Shown: positions 11,101 through 23,707, numbered from the stretch's first letter. The stretch is DNA of 64,000 nucleotides from Fistulifera solaris (GCA_030295235.1 AP026164.1:1302001-1366000); one strand, 5' to 3'. The notes: generated by a model not told the origin, from the letters alone. Translations and numbers: made by a program.

Positions 11101-14100
11101 TTCGAAGCGGAGCTGAAGCGGGAGCTACGAGATGCATCAGTCAAAATTGGGATTGAGGCCGCCGCAAATAATTTGCGAAAAATGGCGATGGATGGGCCGT
11201 ACCGACCTGCAGCAATCGTCCACACAGAAAATCGCTTTCTGCATCCAACGGGTGATTTGCCTTTCGTTGGTGTGTCATGTTCGTCAGATCCCAAGGAAGC
11301 TACGTACTTAGCTGCGGTAACTGACCGGGGGGAATCAAGTGATTACCTTGCAATTCCTAGTGGCGTAAAAGTTGACTCACCAAAAATACGCGAGAAGGTT
11401 GTTATGTTTTTGATTCAAACACGACCTGCAGCTGTTATGGTTGGTACCTCCGGCGGCTTTGAAAGCCGGTTGCTTCAGCGAAAAATGGTTGATTTGATAA
11501 ACGAAGCTGTTCAGCGGTGGAATAAGCGTGATATTCAGGGAGAAGACGAAGACGATGATGCTTTTCTTTCACGCCAAGAACAGTTTAGGCAGTTTCAAAC
11601 TAACATTCATGACGACGACGACCAAGATGAGTGGACATGCAACGTTGAGTTAATTGACGATTCAGTCTCGCAGTTGTTTGGACGAAGTGTGCGGTCGAAG
11701 AAAGAGTTTCCAGACCACTCGATGAACTTAAAGTGCGCCATCTCTATTGCTAGATATGCTAAAGATCCTCTTGCCGAACTTGCATATGCTTGGAGTGTGG
11801 CAAGTGACTCAGGTAACTTTGGTACAGAGATGCTTTACCTGAATATTCACCCTTCACAGCAGCTGCTTCCCCGGACAATCCTACTCCGTCATTACGAAAG
11901 GGCTCTTTGTGATATCGTCGCTGAGATCGGGGTGAACCTTAACAAATGTACGGCTTTGGATCATCTGAAAGGCTTGCTTACATTTGTTCCGGGTTTGGGT
12001 CCACGTAAAGCTGCTAACTTGAACCATATGCTTTCTCAAATGGGAGGCGCAATAGCTAAGAGACGGGACCTTCTAGAGAAGCGAGTCCTTGGGCCTGTAG
12101 TTTACAATAATGCAGTTGCATTTTTACGAATTGAAGATGCGGACCAGCTTGCGGACCATATACTTCACCCCCTCGATGGCACCCGGTTGCATCCAGACGT
12201 TTACATTCGTAACAACTGGGCATCGAAAATTGCTTTTGATGCTCTCGAACGAGAAGACCCGAAAACAAAGGAGTCAGCAGCTATCAAAGCCGTGAGAGAT
12301 GTCATGGATGATTCTCATTTGGAAGTCGACAGACTTTTTAAGGCCACCAAAGCGGAGTGGGAGCGACACTATGGTCCAACGTTCAACATTAAAGAGTGGG
12401 ACCCGAGAGTCAATGTTCCTCACGATCAGTGGCGTGACAAAGTGGAAGAATTGGATCTCGACACTTTTGCCAATATGATAGAGCAGAACGGCCATGGGCG
12501 CTGGCATACCCACCTTGAAATGATTAAATGGGAATTTCGCTTGCCAGCAGCCGACCCGCGGAAACCGCTTGAACCACTTTCTGGGGATAAAGTTTTTCAT
12601 TTGATTACAGGTGAAACCGATCAAAGTCTCCGACCCGGCAAGGAAATTACCGGAAAAGTCATCCGCAATGGTGATTTTGGTTCTCGTGTCAAGCTTGAAG
12701 GGGACATTCCTGCGTTTATCCCTCTCAGAAACTTATCTGATGAGCACGTCGAATCCGCTGATGACTTCGTCAGCGTCGGCCAAATTGTGACTGCGGTAGT
12801 GACAGAAGTAAAGAAAGATCACATGACAGTTGATATGAGTTTAAAATTGGAAGACTTTCGTAAGAAGCCTAGTTCCTGGGAACGTCCCACCTCTCTTTTT
12901 TCACTCGACGAATGCTTCGACGTTCAAGCGGCAAATAAAATTGAAGATGACAACGCAAAAAAGAGAGATGCTCATGTCGATGCTCTTCTTGTAAGTCTTG
13001 GAAGAACGGGAGACGACGTCGGTGGACTTCGCCAAGGAAAACGACGTGTTGTTCGACGGGCATGTACCCACCCTGCCTTCCGTAATGCTAAAAACAAAGA
13101 GGTAGAACGCGAGTTACTGGACGGGGGCTCTCAGATGGTTGGAGAGGCGCTCATTCGTCCCAGCAATAAATCAAGCGACTCGTTGGCTATCCATTGGGTT
13201 GTTAAAGAAGGCATGATCAAAGTGATTGAAGTTTTGGAAGAAAATAAGGAAACAGATGCTAGCATTGGAAATATTTTGAAGATAAAGGTATGCTTCGCCG
13301 TTTACACATTCTTGTCCTTGCTTCATTTCTGACCTTGGCATTATTTCAGGACGATGCGTTCGGCAGTATCGACGAACTTCTTGGACGTTTCATTGCCCCC
13401 ATGAACGACTACGTCGAGGAGCTCGTAAGTCATCGTAAATTTCTTGATCTTGCTGAAGAAGAAGTTGATGCTAAGCTCAAGGATGAAAAGAAGGCCAACC
13501 CGAAGTCCATTCCTTATGCACTCTGTTGGCTTGAAATGCACCCCGGCTATGCTTCTTTGCGTTTCGTTGCGTCTTCGACTCCGAGAAACCACACTATTGG
13601 AATCAGCCCAAAAGGATTCTCTTGGAATTCAATTACGTATGCCAATCTGGATGTTCTAATTGACAGTTTTAAGAAGAATCCTCGTGGTTCGGTCCCGAAA
13701 CCGAAGGAACTTCCATCTGTCCGTAAGCCTCCAGCACCCCCAGTACCCTCTCGACTACCGACGGAAAACAGATGGGGTGCAAAGCCACTTCCACCAGCCG
13801 CAACAGCTACTGGTTGGAATCAAGCGCAAGCGCCTCCGCCTTCTACTAAAGTTGGTTGGGGGCACCATCCGGAGGTCCTCCTGCTGCTGCGAAGGTTGGA
13901 TGGGGTGCGCCATCTCCTGCTCCTCCTGTTGCCGCAAAGGTTGGGTGGGGTGAACCGTCTTCAGCTCCTCCCCCGACATACGCGGCTCCTCCCGCCGTCG
14001 GTTGGGGCGCCCTATCCCGGCAAACGGGTACAGGTTGGCAACCTCAGAGAGCTCCTCCTCCTCCTAGACCTCAATCGCAGCATCAGCCCCCACCACCTGG

Positions 14101-14337
14101 ACCGTCAGCAATGCATCGCCCTCCCCACCGAACTTGCCTCCACCGCCAATGTACAACCAGGCTCCGCCGCCAAGGCCTCCCCCACCGAGACCCGTTCCAA
14201 ACTTGCCGCCTCCTGCAGCCCGACCACCACCTGATTACGGCTTTGGTGGCGACTTTCCACCCCCACAGGATTCCGGACAAGGTCGCGGTCGCGGACGAGG
14301 ACGTACTTTGCCTGCTTGGATGTCAAAAGGACAGTAA
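8171..14337 (+). CDS. SPT6: Transcription elongation factor / histone chaperone SPT6
   Basis: Acidic N-terminus (SFIDDAAEES, DDDIRQTDIPER), YqgF-like and HhH region (FVPGLGPRKA, HPLDGTRLHP), S1 domain and tandem SH2 (GEALIRPS, PKSIPYALC). Introns ~9816-9891 and ~13288-13349. Several homopolymer frameshifts. Confidence 0.93.
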
Positions 14338-14754
14338 GGTGTTAGGTCGTGCGTGCGCTTATCTAGCGCGATACTTAGGATGTAGGAAACGTCTAGCTAA
14401 ATAACAAAAGGTCTTTTGAACAGATTTTTGATCAGCAATGATCGATCAAGCGGGATCGATGATGAAGAAAGAGAGCTTGTGTCTTGTTTGTTCGTGTAAT
14501 TTACGGTAGGGAAAGTGTTGCAGTACCGTACAGATACGAACACATTCTTTGCCTAAGAAAGACACAGGAAAAGTTTCCGTTCAAAAATCACCATTGCCCC
14601 TTGATAAATAAATTGCCGACAGAATGACGACGAGACGAGAAGCGACAAGGTGAAAAACGATGAACGCATATTATTTATTCAATTTTATTGAATCTCCTGT
14701 TTGAATCACAAGTCATGCCTCACTTGCTCTCGCGAATGAGTCCTCCCGCGAGCC

Positions 14755-15895
14755 ATGAAGCAGTTTAACTTCTTTGCGTGGGCATCTCTGGTTACGAGGT
14801 TAAAAGTAACTATGGCATTACACGGAGGGGGTATTTCACTCTGCGACGATTTAAAGACGGTTTGCGTCGATGGTGGACACTGTGCGAAAAGAAAAAAGCC
14901 AAGAGTGTTTTTGTGAATGTCTCGATAGTTCTGTGAACTGTGCAATGGAAGTTAGCGATTTGTGTTCGAGAACTGCCATCAGGGATGGACATTTAATTTC
15001 GCCAAGTCAAATTTTCGGTTTTTGTATAAACAAAGGGCAATGCGCTACGAGCGGCGACGAAAGGTTTTACTGCGTCTGTAACGAAAGCACATTTACTGGC
15101 CTCCACTGTGAGATTTCCACGGAACGATATTTGCAGCAAGGTATACCAACAGCAGCACCCGCTGCTTTCAACTCAACAATTACTGCCATCCCTTCATTTG
15201 CCCCATCAAAAGCAAATCAATCGGATGCTCCAAATAACAGCCAGCCTTCATTAGCGCCTTCCTCTTTCAATGATACAGTATTTAGGCCATCCTTGGCACC
15301 CTCTATCGGAACCAATAGGAGCGTGGCGCCTACTTCTTCTGCATCGCCTTCGGCATCCTTCGTGCCCACAACAGTATGGCCTTCTACTTCCAACTTTCCT
15401 ACTACAGCTTCACCTACAGTCACCTGGTTTCCAACGGCAAGTGCTATTCCTACTATAACATCACTTCCCACTTTGACAGCAATACCATCCACTTCGGAGC
15501 CTTCCAGCAATCCGTCGGCAAGTCCCTCCATAGCCCCGAGTCTTGCGGTCACAACTGCTAATCCAACAAAACGACCCGTACAAGAACGCCCGGCAGTTCC
15601 AGAACCGCCTACTTTTCTTGCTCCTGTACCATACAACGATGACGATGTCCCGGAGGAGAAACAGAGTCTACCAAAGGGCGCTTCGATTGGAATGGGACTA
15701 CTTGCGGTTGCAGCGGTGTTGTTAATGATATTTTTCTGTACGCGACGACGACGACGAGGACGCTACAGACAAGCCGGTCGCATCAACGACGGTGACCTGG
15801 AGTTGACGACGAACTACCTAGACGATCAAGACGATTGGGCAAACCAAAGACCGCTCACAGCTGGTAGTCGTCGCGTCGACGATGAGCTGCTGTAA
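14755..15895 (+). CDS. Cell-surface type I membrane protein: EGF-like Cys domains, Pro/Ser/Thr (PT-repeat) stalk, TM helix, basic tail
   Basis: ATG at 14755, one frameshift in an A-run (~14890). CINKGQC..YCVCNESTFTGLHCE (EGF-like), repeated APSxAPS/PTxxPT, hydrophobic segment followed by RRRRR. Confidence 0.75.
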
Positions 15896-16093
15896 TCGAT
15901 GAAATATAGTGATTCTCATACAATGGTAACCTGCAATAGCGGACATATCTAGAATATGTAAATTTTATTTTAGAAATGTTGCGCCAAAGGAAGCTGGGTA
16001 CGTACCGTACTGGTAGTCTAGGTTCTAGGTCCAAAAATGTGTGAGGAATGATGTTGAGGACAAAGGAAACCATCGTTCGTCTGTCCGCTACAA

Positions 16094-16111
16094 GGTACCG
16101 GTACCGGTACC
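16094..16111. repeat. (GGTACC)3 palindromic microsatellite
   Basis: Direct read. Related clusters at 23375-23421, 30434-30458, 32281-32319, 57711-57745 and 57847-57932. Confidence 0.9.
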
Positions 16112-16252
16112 AGCGATTTGCGAGCGTCTTTTTATTGTTTCCATAATTCTTGCTTTCATTGCTCACAACTCCCAATAAAACCACCACCAACAACACAAAT
16201 CCACTCTGTTCTAGCTTTGCTTGTATTTTTTCAGACTGTCGAGTAATTTCTT

Positions 16253-16531
16253 ATGCAACCAAAAGAAGTTGTTGATTTAAGCTTGTTTCTGAGCGAGTGG
16301 TCGCGGTGTCTTACGGCGAAATATCAACGCGATCGACTGTATCGTTTCGGGAAGTTTGATGATTGTGGATCGCAGTGGCAAGATTTCAAGAAATCGCTTC
16401 GCGCCAAGGTCATCAAGGATGAGAACGAGGCACTTAAACTTATTGAACAAACCTCGTATTACAATCGTACATTCGTCTCGCCGACGGTAGGAGTTATTTG
16501 GGAAGCCAAAGAGCAACCCGGTTGGCACTGA
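16253..16531 (+). CDS. Small C22orf39/EMI1-like (DUF3128-type) protein
   Basis: 92 aa. The pattern CLT.KYQ..RLYRFG..DDC..QWQDFK.SL, followed by C-terminal IWE, resembles this family. Confidence 0.6.
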   Translation: MQPKEVVDLSLFLSEWSRCLTAKYQRDRLYRFGKFDDCGSQWQDFKKSLRAKVIKDENEALKLIEQTSYYNRTFVSPTVGVIWEAKEQPGWH

Positions 16532-17526
16532 GTTCCAGACATACACAGCGACTTGTCGGAAAATCAAAGGCTTTGCTTGATTCTGCTTACGGAAATATTC
16601 CACGGCGATTCGAAGAGTCAACTTAACAGAACTGAGAAACAGTTTCTACAGGACAGCGAAAGTATCTCTTGCATTGCCAATTTGAAGGATGGCCCTAAGT
16701 GATGACCGTTTGTATTATCAGTTGACGACTAATGGTAGAGTACTCATTGAGAAGTGATTAGTTGGTTCATGTCGGCAGAAGTTTGTAAGAAATGCAAGAA
16801 AAGGTATAAAACGCCATCTATCTAATTTTGCGGTTGATGCACGTACCTCCATTTGGAAAACTCTGATATGGTTGGTTGGTTGAGAGCTCCTGGCAAGCTA
16901 TATTGGATCATTTTTAGCTATCTTGAACTGGGCACCTTAGTCGGCACCATTGCGTCAAGAAAAATTATCAATTGGTAGACAGCGTGTTTTCCCTAGTTCC
17001 TTCCAACAAAGTTCCATAAAGAGTCGTCCCTGAAACAACAATCACCAAACGATATTGACGAAAAAATCATAATGACTATGAGATCACTCCGTATATTGTC
17101 ATTTATTCATTTATTATCATCTTAGAGCATTCACTATAAGTAGAAAGAAGAACTCGTGAATGAAGTACTTACCCCACCGGTACTCAAAATGCCGTCACTA
17201 TATTCGGATTTGGCAGATAGGGGTGGTAAGAACTTTTGCTTTTTGGAAATTGGCAGCAAGACTCGCGCCCACCTCCCAAAAAAATAGAGTTGTTACCCGC
17301 TTTCGGATTTAGGAAACAAACGCCCGACTCACTTGCTCTACGCAATTTCTACGTCGTTTTTGTACTGATTCAGTTTCCGTCCAACGTTTGAAAATCAAAA
17401 CTATCAAAACTCTCCGTTGAAAGAATTTCACCTCGTAAACATTGTGCTTCCCTCCTTCCGAGTTTCCTAAACACATCTGTTTGAAATACTTTTCTCGTTT
17501 GTGATGTTTTACTATTCTTATTTCTC

Positions 17527-18060
17527 GTGACTTCTGTTGCCTTCTCGAATTGTTTGGATATTCTCGAACAGTTGCCTCAGTTCGCCTTCACCGAAGTACA
17601 GAGTGATATTGATCATTCGTTGGTAAATGGAAGGGTTTATTCGTCGGTTAAAACTCTTCGCCCTATGGGATCAAAGGTTGCTAAGCGAGAAAAGGAGGAA
17701 AGCATGAAAGCCGAGGCAATGGCAGCAAAGAAGCTCAAAGTTCTTGAGAGTCTTGCTGATTCTGGTCGTATTCTTGCCTTTGCATTTCAGAGCGAGACAT
17801 TTACCAACCTGGCTGCTGTTTTCGAGCAACGCGGTGAGAAAAGCCAGGCTCAGGCTTTTCTTAAGAAGGCTGTCGCTCTTGCAAATGGAGTTCCTGGTAC
17901 CGACATGTCTGTTCCCTTGGTGTCGTCCGACAACGAGAATTCTCCTAATGCGACCGAGAAAGACCACGGCGGTGACGGAAAAGAGAATGATCCTTCACTT
18001 GCAGTCCCACAGAACATTGAGATTTGCCGCTCCTGCGAGAAAATCCATTACCTGCGATGA
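17527..18060 (+). pseudogene. Remnant of Harbinger accessory ORF (NAM-associated-like C-terminal part)
   Basis: RPMGSKVAKREKEE resembles the RPxGxKxAK motif of Harbinger second ORFs. Lies inside the TIRs and lacks an N-terminal Myb/SANT region. Confidence 0.55.
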
Positions 18061-18369
18061 ATCCGACTTGATCTTCGAAGTCGTAGGACGCACCAACGAC
18101 AACAACAACAAAAACGACAACAACGACACCGACAAGAGTAATGAGTGAAGAGGCTCCAGCATTAGGTCGTACACTTAGATTTTAGGATAAATTTAGTAGG
18201 TTTTAATTATTAATATTTCATGTTATCATCTACTTTTTGAACTTTGACATAATTGCTCTGTATAGAAGCATATGCTCTTCAAGATTTACCAACTCATGCC
18301 ATCTCCCACTAATTGCTGGTAGAGAAGCTTCAGATTCCAAACCTACGACGGGATCTTCTGCTGCATTCA

Positions 18370-18890
18370 ATTACATCTTGCACCAATTGCATCCAGGTTA
18401 TGAAGCTCAATTGGTTTTTTAATGAATTGAAAGCTGCGCTGAAGAACACCGAACGCTTCGCTCAATGTCTTTACCGCCTTCCTGTCAAGAGGTGTATCGT
18501 TTTTCTAAATCGTTTGTCGGTTCCTTTATGCCTTTCACTAAACGACTCCAGAATTCATAAAGTCTTCCATTATGCGTTGGAATCGGGCCGGAGAAATGCG
18601 AACATGTTATAAAACTGTTTGTCGTTGAACCTTGGCTGGGGACCAAGGTAATCAGTAAGGATGCGCTGCAAAGCAGCAGCGTGATTGTAAGAGTTAAGCT
18701 TGGGCCTTGGGTGTTTCTTGTGACGATGCTTGCGGGCGACAGGGTCGGTTTCGGGCAAAGTGTCCTCCATTTCATCGGATAAAATTTTTGACGATGCTTC
18801 CAGAAAATAGCGCAGCAGCAGCAGCCTTTGCCGCTGCTTGCTGCGAGTGATGCGCTGCAGTATTTCAGCTTCGGCAGCTGAAGCCTCCAT
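18370..18890 (-). pseudogene. Deleted plant-transposon-type (Harbinger) DDE transposase
   Basis: N-terminal DYLGPQPRFNDKQFYNMF/RISPARFQRI is joined directly to C-terminal WSRLVKGIKEP..*QEGG.KDIE/RAFGVLQ..FQFIKKP. The central catalytic region is missing and there is an in-frame stop. Confidence 0.8.
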
Positions 18891-19425
18891 GATAAAGGAT
18901 GAAATGATGAACAGGAATGTGATTTGAGTTGAACGAGAAATTACGCAAAAACGAAAATGTCGAGGGGACTCGATCGAACAAGACTGAATCGGAATTATCT
19001 GCCACACGGCATTCACTACTACATTGGTAGCAAGACTGGTTATGAGTACAAAAAAATTGGCAACTGGCATGCAGATTCGGTTGTTGCCATTTCCGGATGT
19101 AGTGACTGCTCTTACGAGACAAATTGAGATCTTTCACGGAGCGTTCCACTGTTCAGTGAACAAAAGGGTTAGGGTTTTAAGTCGCAGTCTCGCTTTATAA
19201 AAATACTCCGAGTATTTCTTATTTTGGTGCTCAAAATTTTGCCGGCATGGAATTGCGTATTTTGCAAATTTCTCATCAACAAATCTTTCTTTCTATATTT
19301 GAAAATAGGATCCAGGCCAACCATTCACCTCCGAAAGTAACAAGAACCGTCTCAGGCCTTGACATAAAGTGAGGCTTCAGGCGGAAAACAAAACGAAATA
19401 CAACAACGCACAACCCGTTGCAAGC

Positions 19426-20319
19426 ATGGGAAAACACTGGCGAACAACAGTCCTGCACATTCTCGTCGTTTTCTCAGCAGGACGTGACACTATTTGTTTA
19501 TCGTCATCTCCTGATCAAGAAGCTCGAACTAGTCATGACAGAAGCGAAAGTCCTATACTGAATATTCCATTACGTCAACAGCCCAGTCTAACCAGAAAGC
19601 CTGTGCTAGAAAGCCCTTTGAGTGAGATACTGGAAGGCCTCACCAAAGACGATGTACCTTCTGACTTTCACCAACGATTGATTAATGAGGAAGAAGAGGA
19701 ACAAGCTAAATCCTTACTCGCTTCACAATCTGCCTTGCAGTTCCGAAATGCCGTCAACTTCCTTTTGAAAGTCGCCGGCGCTGGTTCTATTTTGCTGCTC
19801 GCTGCACATTTCTTACAGGGTGCGTCCCTCCTCCACGTCTGGAACGATCTTTCTCATGTTTTAAAAATAACGAGCCTTCTATGGTTTCCCTGCCTCTGGA
19901 TTCGACCGTCTCATATGCTGGGGGACTCGTTGTCATTTGCGAAATTCTTTGTGGGGCCCGACTTTAGTTCCTACGTGATGAACAATTTCTTGCCCACAAT
20001 GGGAACTACTGTCAAACAAATCATTACAGCGGAGCTATGGGGGCACTTTTGGAAAGTGACCTCGAAGAAGATAAGCATTGTCATGGGAAAGCCGCCGCGG
20101 GATCGCGATAGCGACCCGGGCGAATCATACGTTCCCGAATGGCTGAGTACAGGTTACTCCTTCGTCGCGTCTACTATTGAGAAAGGATGCACGAAGCTAC
20201 TACAAAAAACCATGCAAAAGCACTTTCATCAATCGATTGAGTCAGTTTCATCGTTTGTAATGGTATCGCTACGTGATTCTCTTTTTCAACCGAAAAGTGG
20301 CAACGGACTAGACGTATGA
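19426..20319 (+). CDS. Uncharacterised protein with possible signal peptide and TM segments
   Basis: Long ORF (first ATG 19426) with a hydrophobic N-terminus and internal hydrophobic stretches. Confidence 0.6.
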   Translation: MGKHWRTTVLHILVVFSAGRDTICLSSSPDQEARTSHDRSESPILNIPLRQQPSLTRKPVLESPLSEILEGLTKDDVPSDFHQRLINEEEEEQAKSLLASQSALQFRNAVNFLLKVAGAGSILLLAAHFLQGASLLHVWNDLSHVLKITSLLWFPCLWIRPSHMLGDSLSFAKFFVGPDFSSYVMNNFLPTMGTTVKQIITAELWGHFWKVTSKKISIVMGKPPRDRDSDPGESYVPEWLSTGYSFVASTIEKGCTKLLQKTMQKHFHQSIESVSSFVMVSLRDSLFQPKSGNGLDV

Positions 20320-20399
20320 ACAGACGATTTTTTCATATACAAAACGATGCCTTCGGCGTTTTCTATTTAAGAACAGTTGCACAGTTCGCTTACGAATCG

Positions 20400-20923
20400 T
20401 TAATTGTCATCGTCACCTTCTTCTTTGCCTTCAACAATAATGAACTGTTTCAACTCTACCCACAGCCTTTCTCTCGCTTCCCCTTCCAGCGCTCCATCTA
20501 GTTTTGCAGACCGCTCCTGACCATCAGATGCGAACCATAACTTTGAGATGTGCGTATCACCTTCATCTAATGGTAACGCCGTATCATCGGATATGTAAAT
20601 AGGAGGGCCTTTGTCGAGCAGCCGTCGCAGCTCGGCTTGGCAGTCCGTTTTCTTGACGCGTTCTACATATTGATGAAATTGTTCGTCCAGGAGCTTTTGT
20701 ACGACTTCTAGTTCAAAGAGGGAGGGCTTCCATTTCAAGCTGGGGAACGACTGATACTCGACTGGTTAAATACAATTTGATGAGTGATTATGAACGAAAT
20801 AGTGACTTTTGAAAACACAAACAAAGGCTCACCGTAATTTCCGTCTTCTACTGTTATATCTTCCATGGTGCAAAGGCAGCACATCCCCTCTGGAGGCGTT
20901 CCATGTTCATCACTGTCCGACAT
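20400..20923 (-). CDS. Uncharacterised two-exon protein with N-terminal CxxC (degenerate RING-like)
   Basis: MSDSDEHGTPPEGMCCLCTMEDIT..NY, intron ~20764-20831 (GTGAG..CAG), then VEYQSFPSLKWKPSLFE..DCQAELRRLLDKGPP. Confidence 0.7.
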
Positions 20924-21548
20924 TTTAGAAAGAGTAGTAGAGTTTGTTTCAGAAATACTTGAGACATATGACTTGACGAAGAGACGACAAGCCGATTATC
21001 ACAAAAGCGTCGTCGATCTTATAATACTCCGGTATTGTTTACCTCATTATTCATGACTGAAATGCAGTCGTGGTAGCCTTGAACCTCGCATACATTTTGG
21101 GACTGTGGGAATACCAAAGTCAACGACCTTCATAGTTGATCGACATAAAATATTGAGACGTGCAATGCATGTGATGCTGATGGTTAAACCATCGCACGAA
21201 CAACAAATCTTGCTCAACCAAACATGAGAGCGAAATGAAGGTAGGCAGCAGTTTGGATCAAAAGAATAGAACTCGTGACTGCAATGCAGTCGTGGTGAAC
21301 GATCGCCAACACTTTGGCCCTATAGTACCTTGTCATGTAACAAAATAGGGCATGAGTTTTGCAAAGAATACGGAGTACGGAGAAATGGTGATAGTTATTG
21401 CATCGTGATAAGGACAATTGTATTGTAGTTCACAAGCTTGCAAAAGTGATTGTTAAATGACTGTGTGCAAAGAAAGGGGCTGAACGTAAGCCCGATTAGC
21501 AGAGATTCTGATTTTGCCGTTCAGCGGATTCTATCGCTCTTATATGCC

Positions 21549-23161
21549 TTACTCGTAAAGTGCATAGAGTTCATCTCCACTTGAATCAGAATCCATGTTA
21601 TTCGCCCGATTACTCTGATCGAGTGCCTGCTCTTCGATACTGATGTAGTCATTGTTTCCTGCCAGAACACGAAACTTATCCATGATCGGCTTGATATCAT
21701 CATACGTCACCTTCTGTATTACGAGCAAGGACGCCAAGGCAAACTCATACTGATCTATCTTGTCGTCATGCTCTTCAGCCTGCATATCAATGATGAGACC
21801 TTCACTCACTTCACGACGGTCCCAGGCGTATTGTCGTCGGACGGCGCCGATTTCTTTGGACAAGGAGCCGAGGCGACCCAAGGAATCGCCAACAAAGTAG
21901 GTCGAAAATACCAAGAAGATAATCTGCACCCATCGCATATCAAAAGGCATGTCGAGATCGCCGTACTACGTTCAAAGAAATGTTGCATGAGTTATCGGTG
22001 CAATTGATTGATCTTCTTTTATTTGATGTCACTTACCCCGATGGTGGTGGTTGTTTGAACCGCCCAATAAAAGGTTGTCATCCACGTCCATTGTTGATTT
22101 TCTTCTTCTGAAAGCCTGACGAAGATTCGCGCCAAAAGAACTCCAATCAAGTTCAAGGCCAAAAATTCGACCGCAATAATGGAAAACTTGACCATGTAAG
22201 TGCGATGGATAAGTTGATACAGAAACTTCTCCTTTCCTACACTACGAACGAAGTAATCCATGGCCCAATCATGCAACCTATCTAACGGATTCCCCGTAGA
22301 TGATACGACGGCAGATATCGCAGTAACTAGCACCGCCATACTCAGAATCATGTACAGGATGCCCATCAACACGTGCCATCGCGGTTGGTCCAAGTTTGCA
22401 TCGATGACCGAAACATCGCCATATCTGAAGAAAAAGCAATCGAAAAATGAGACGACATGTTCCCAACTCGATTCACATTTTGTTACTACATGCAAAAGCG
22501 TACCCCACTGTGGACAGTGTCGCAGAAGCGAAATACATGGCGGTGAGCCAACCAGCGTAAGGTCCTCGTTCGGGAATATTAGGGCAAACCTTTTCGTCAT
22601 CAACAACCCAACAAAAAGAAAACAGGAGTGAAAAAGTAATACGCCAAAACAGTCAACAGGTATTTGGTGAATGGACTTCGAAGCCAAGGCCACCAACTGA
22701 TGATTCTCGTGTAATAGAAAGAGAAATCCTGATAGTAGAAGTAATTGTGCTTGATTTCGGAGGTGACGCATTCAACGCCTTTCTCCAAAACGGAAAGCAG
22801 CATTTCGGATTCATTCGGGAAGCCAAAGATCTCAAAGAGGGAAGCCACTTGGCTCCTGGGAGATTGCACTTCCTCTCGTAGCTCGTCACGGAATCGAAGC
22901 AAATCGTCGAGATGAATTCTCGTCTTGTGGTTTTGTTGTAAAGCGATCTCGCGACACTTCTCGAGAAATCGCTTACGTACAGCAAACGTGATAGGAATAC
23001 GATTTTCTCGTTTTTCTGCAGCCGGAGAGCAATGTCCTCTACTTCAGACATGTTACGGGCGCTCGTTTTGAGTGGATGTTCCGCCTGATAGCGCTGCATA
23101 CCTTTTCCAAAGCAATGAGCTGGTCCCTCATTATGCTGTTTGCCGTATTTCCCTTGGCCAT
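21549..23161 (-). CDS. Two-pore-domain (TPK/K2P-like) potassium channel
   Basis: Two pore loops, each split by an intron at the filter Gly: YFASATLSTVG|YGD and YWAVQTTTTIG|YGD. C-terminal DDKIDQYEF resembles an EF-hand. Frameshifts present. Confidence 0.85.
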
Positions 23162-23274
23162 GGTTATCGAGTGACGTAAAATATGCCCTCTTTTGTTACT
23201 TGCTACGAGTTCTTCAGGTAAAATAATGGCCTGGATAGATTTCGGACAGAGTTCGAGGGAATTTCTTTCTTTCT

Positions 23275-23353
23275 GGAAACGCGTTAAAATTCTGCCTCGT
23301 CGTTGATGCTACGTAGAATGTTGTACGAGAGGCAGAATTTTAACGTCCTTTCC
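23275..23353. repeat. ~80-bp palindromic element, copy B
   Basis: GCGTTAAAATTCTGCCTC..CTACGTAG..GAGGCAGAATTTTAACG, in reverse orientation relative to copy A. Confidence 0.85.
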
Positions 23354-23707
23354 TACCTTGGACCAGTACTGTATGTACCTGGTACGGTACAAGGTACCGG
23401 ACCAGTACCGGTACCGTACCCGTTCGAGTAGGTCCGGGACTGCAAATGAAATCAGTCATGTCAAGACAACCCTTTACGCCACAGTAATGATAACATGATT
23501 CTTCACGAAAACGTTTCCATGCATTTTTGGGAACGCAAGCATTGGTTCGCTGTCATGAGGAAAGGACATAAGTACGAAAATTCACACTTTTCATTGTTGT
23601 AGCCGCCTTCGGCGTCTAGCCCCTTTCGTGCTCGCCCTTCCCTGGGGATAGCGCCACACCCGTCAAATTGATCTAACTTATCGTCGAGCTCTTCGGCCTG
23701 CATATCA

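Larger units (their letters stand above)
17125..19111. mobile_element. Internally deleted PIF/Harbinger-type DNA transposon (1987 bp)
   Basis: TIRs GAGCATTCACTA (17125-17136) and TAGTGACTGCTC (19100-19111) match at 11/12. TTA TSD at 17122-17124 and 19112-19114. Contains convergent transposase and accessory ORF remnants. Confidence 0.85.

Noticed and set aside
16690..16870. Possible C/D snoRNA (GTGATGA box)
   Set aside because: No suitably spaced D box with a terminal stem and no recognisable guide sequence. No tRNA or rRNA was recognised anywhere in the window.
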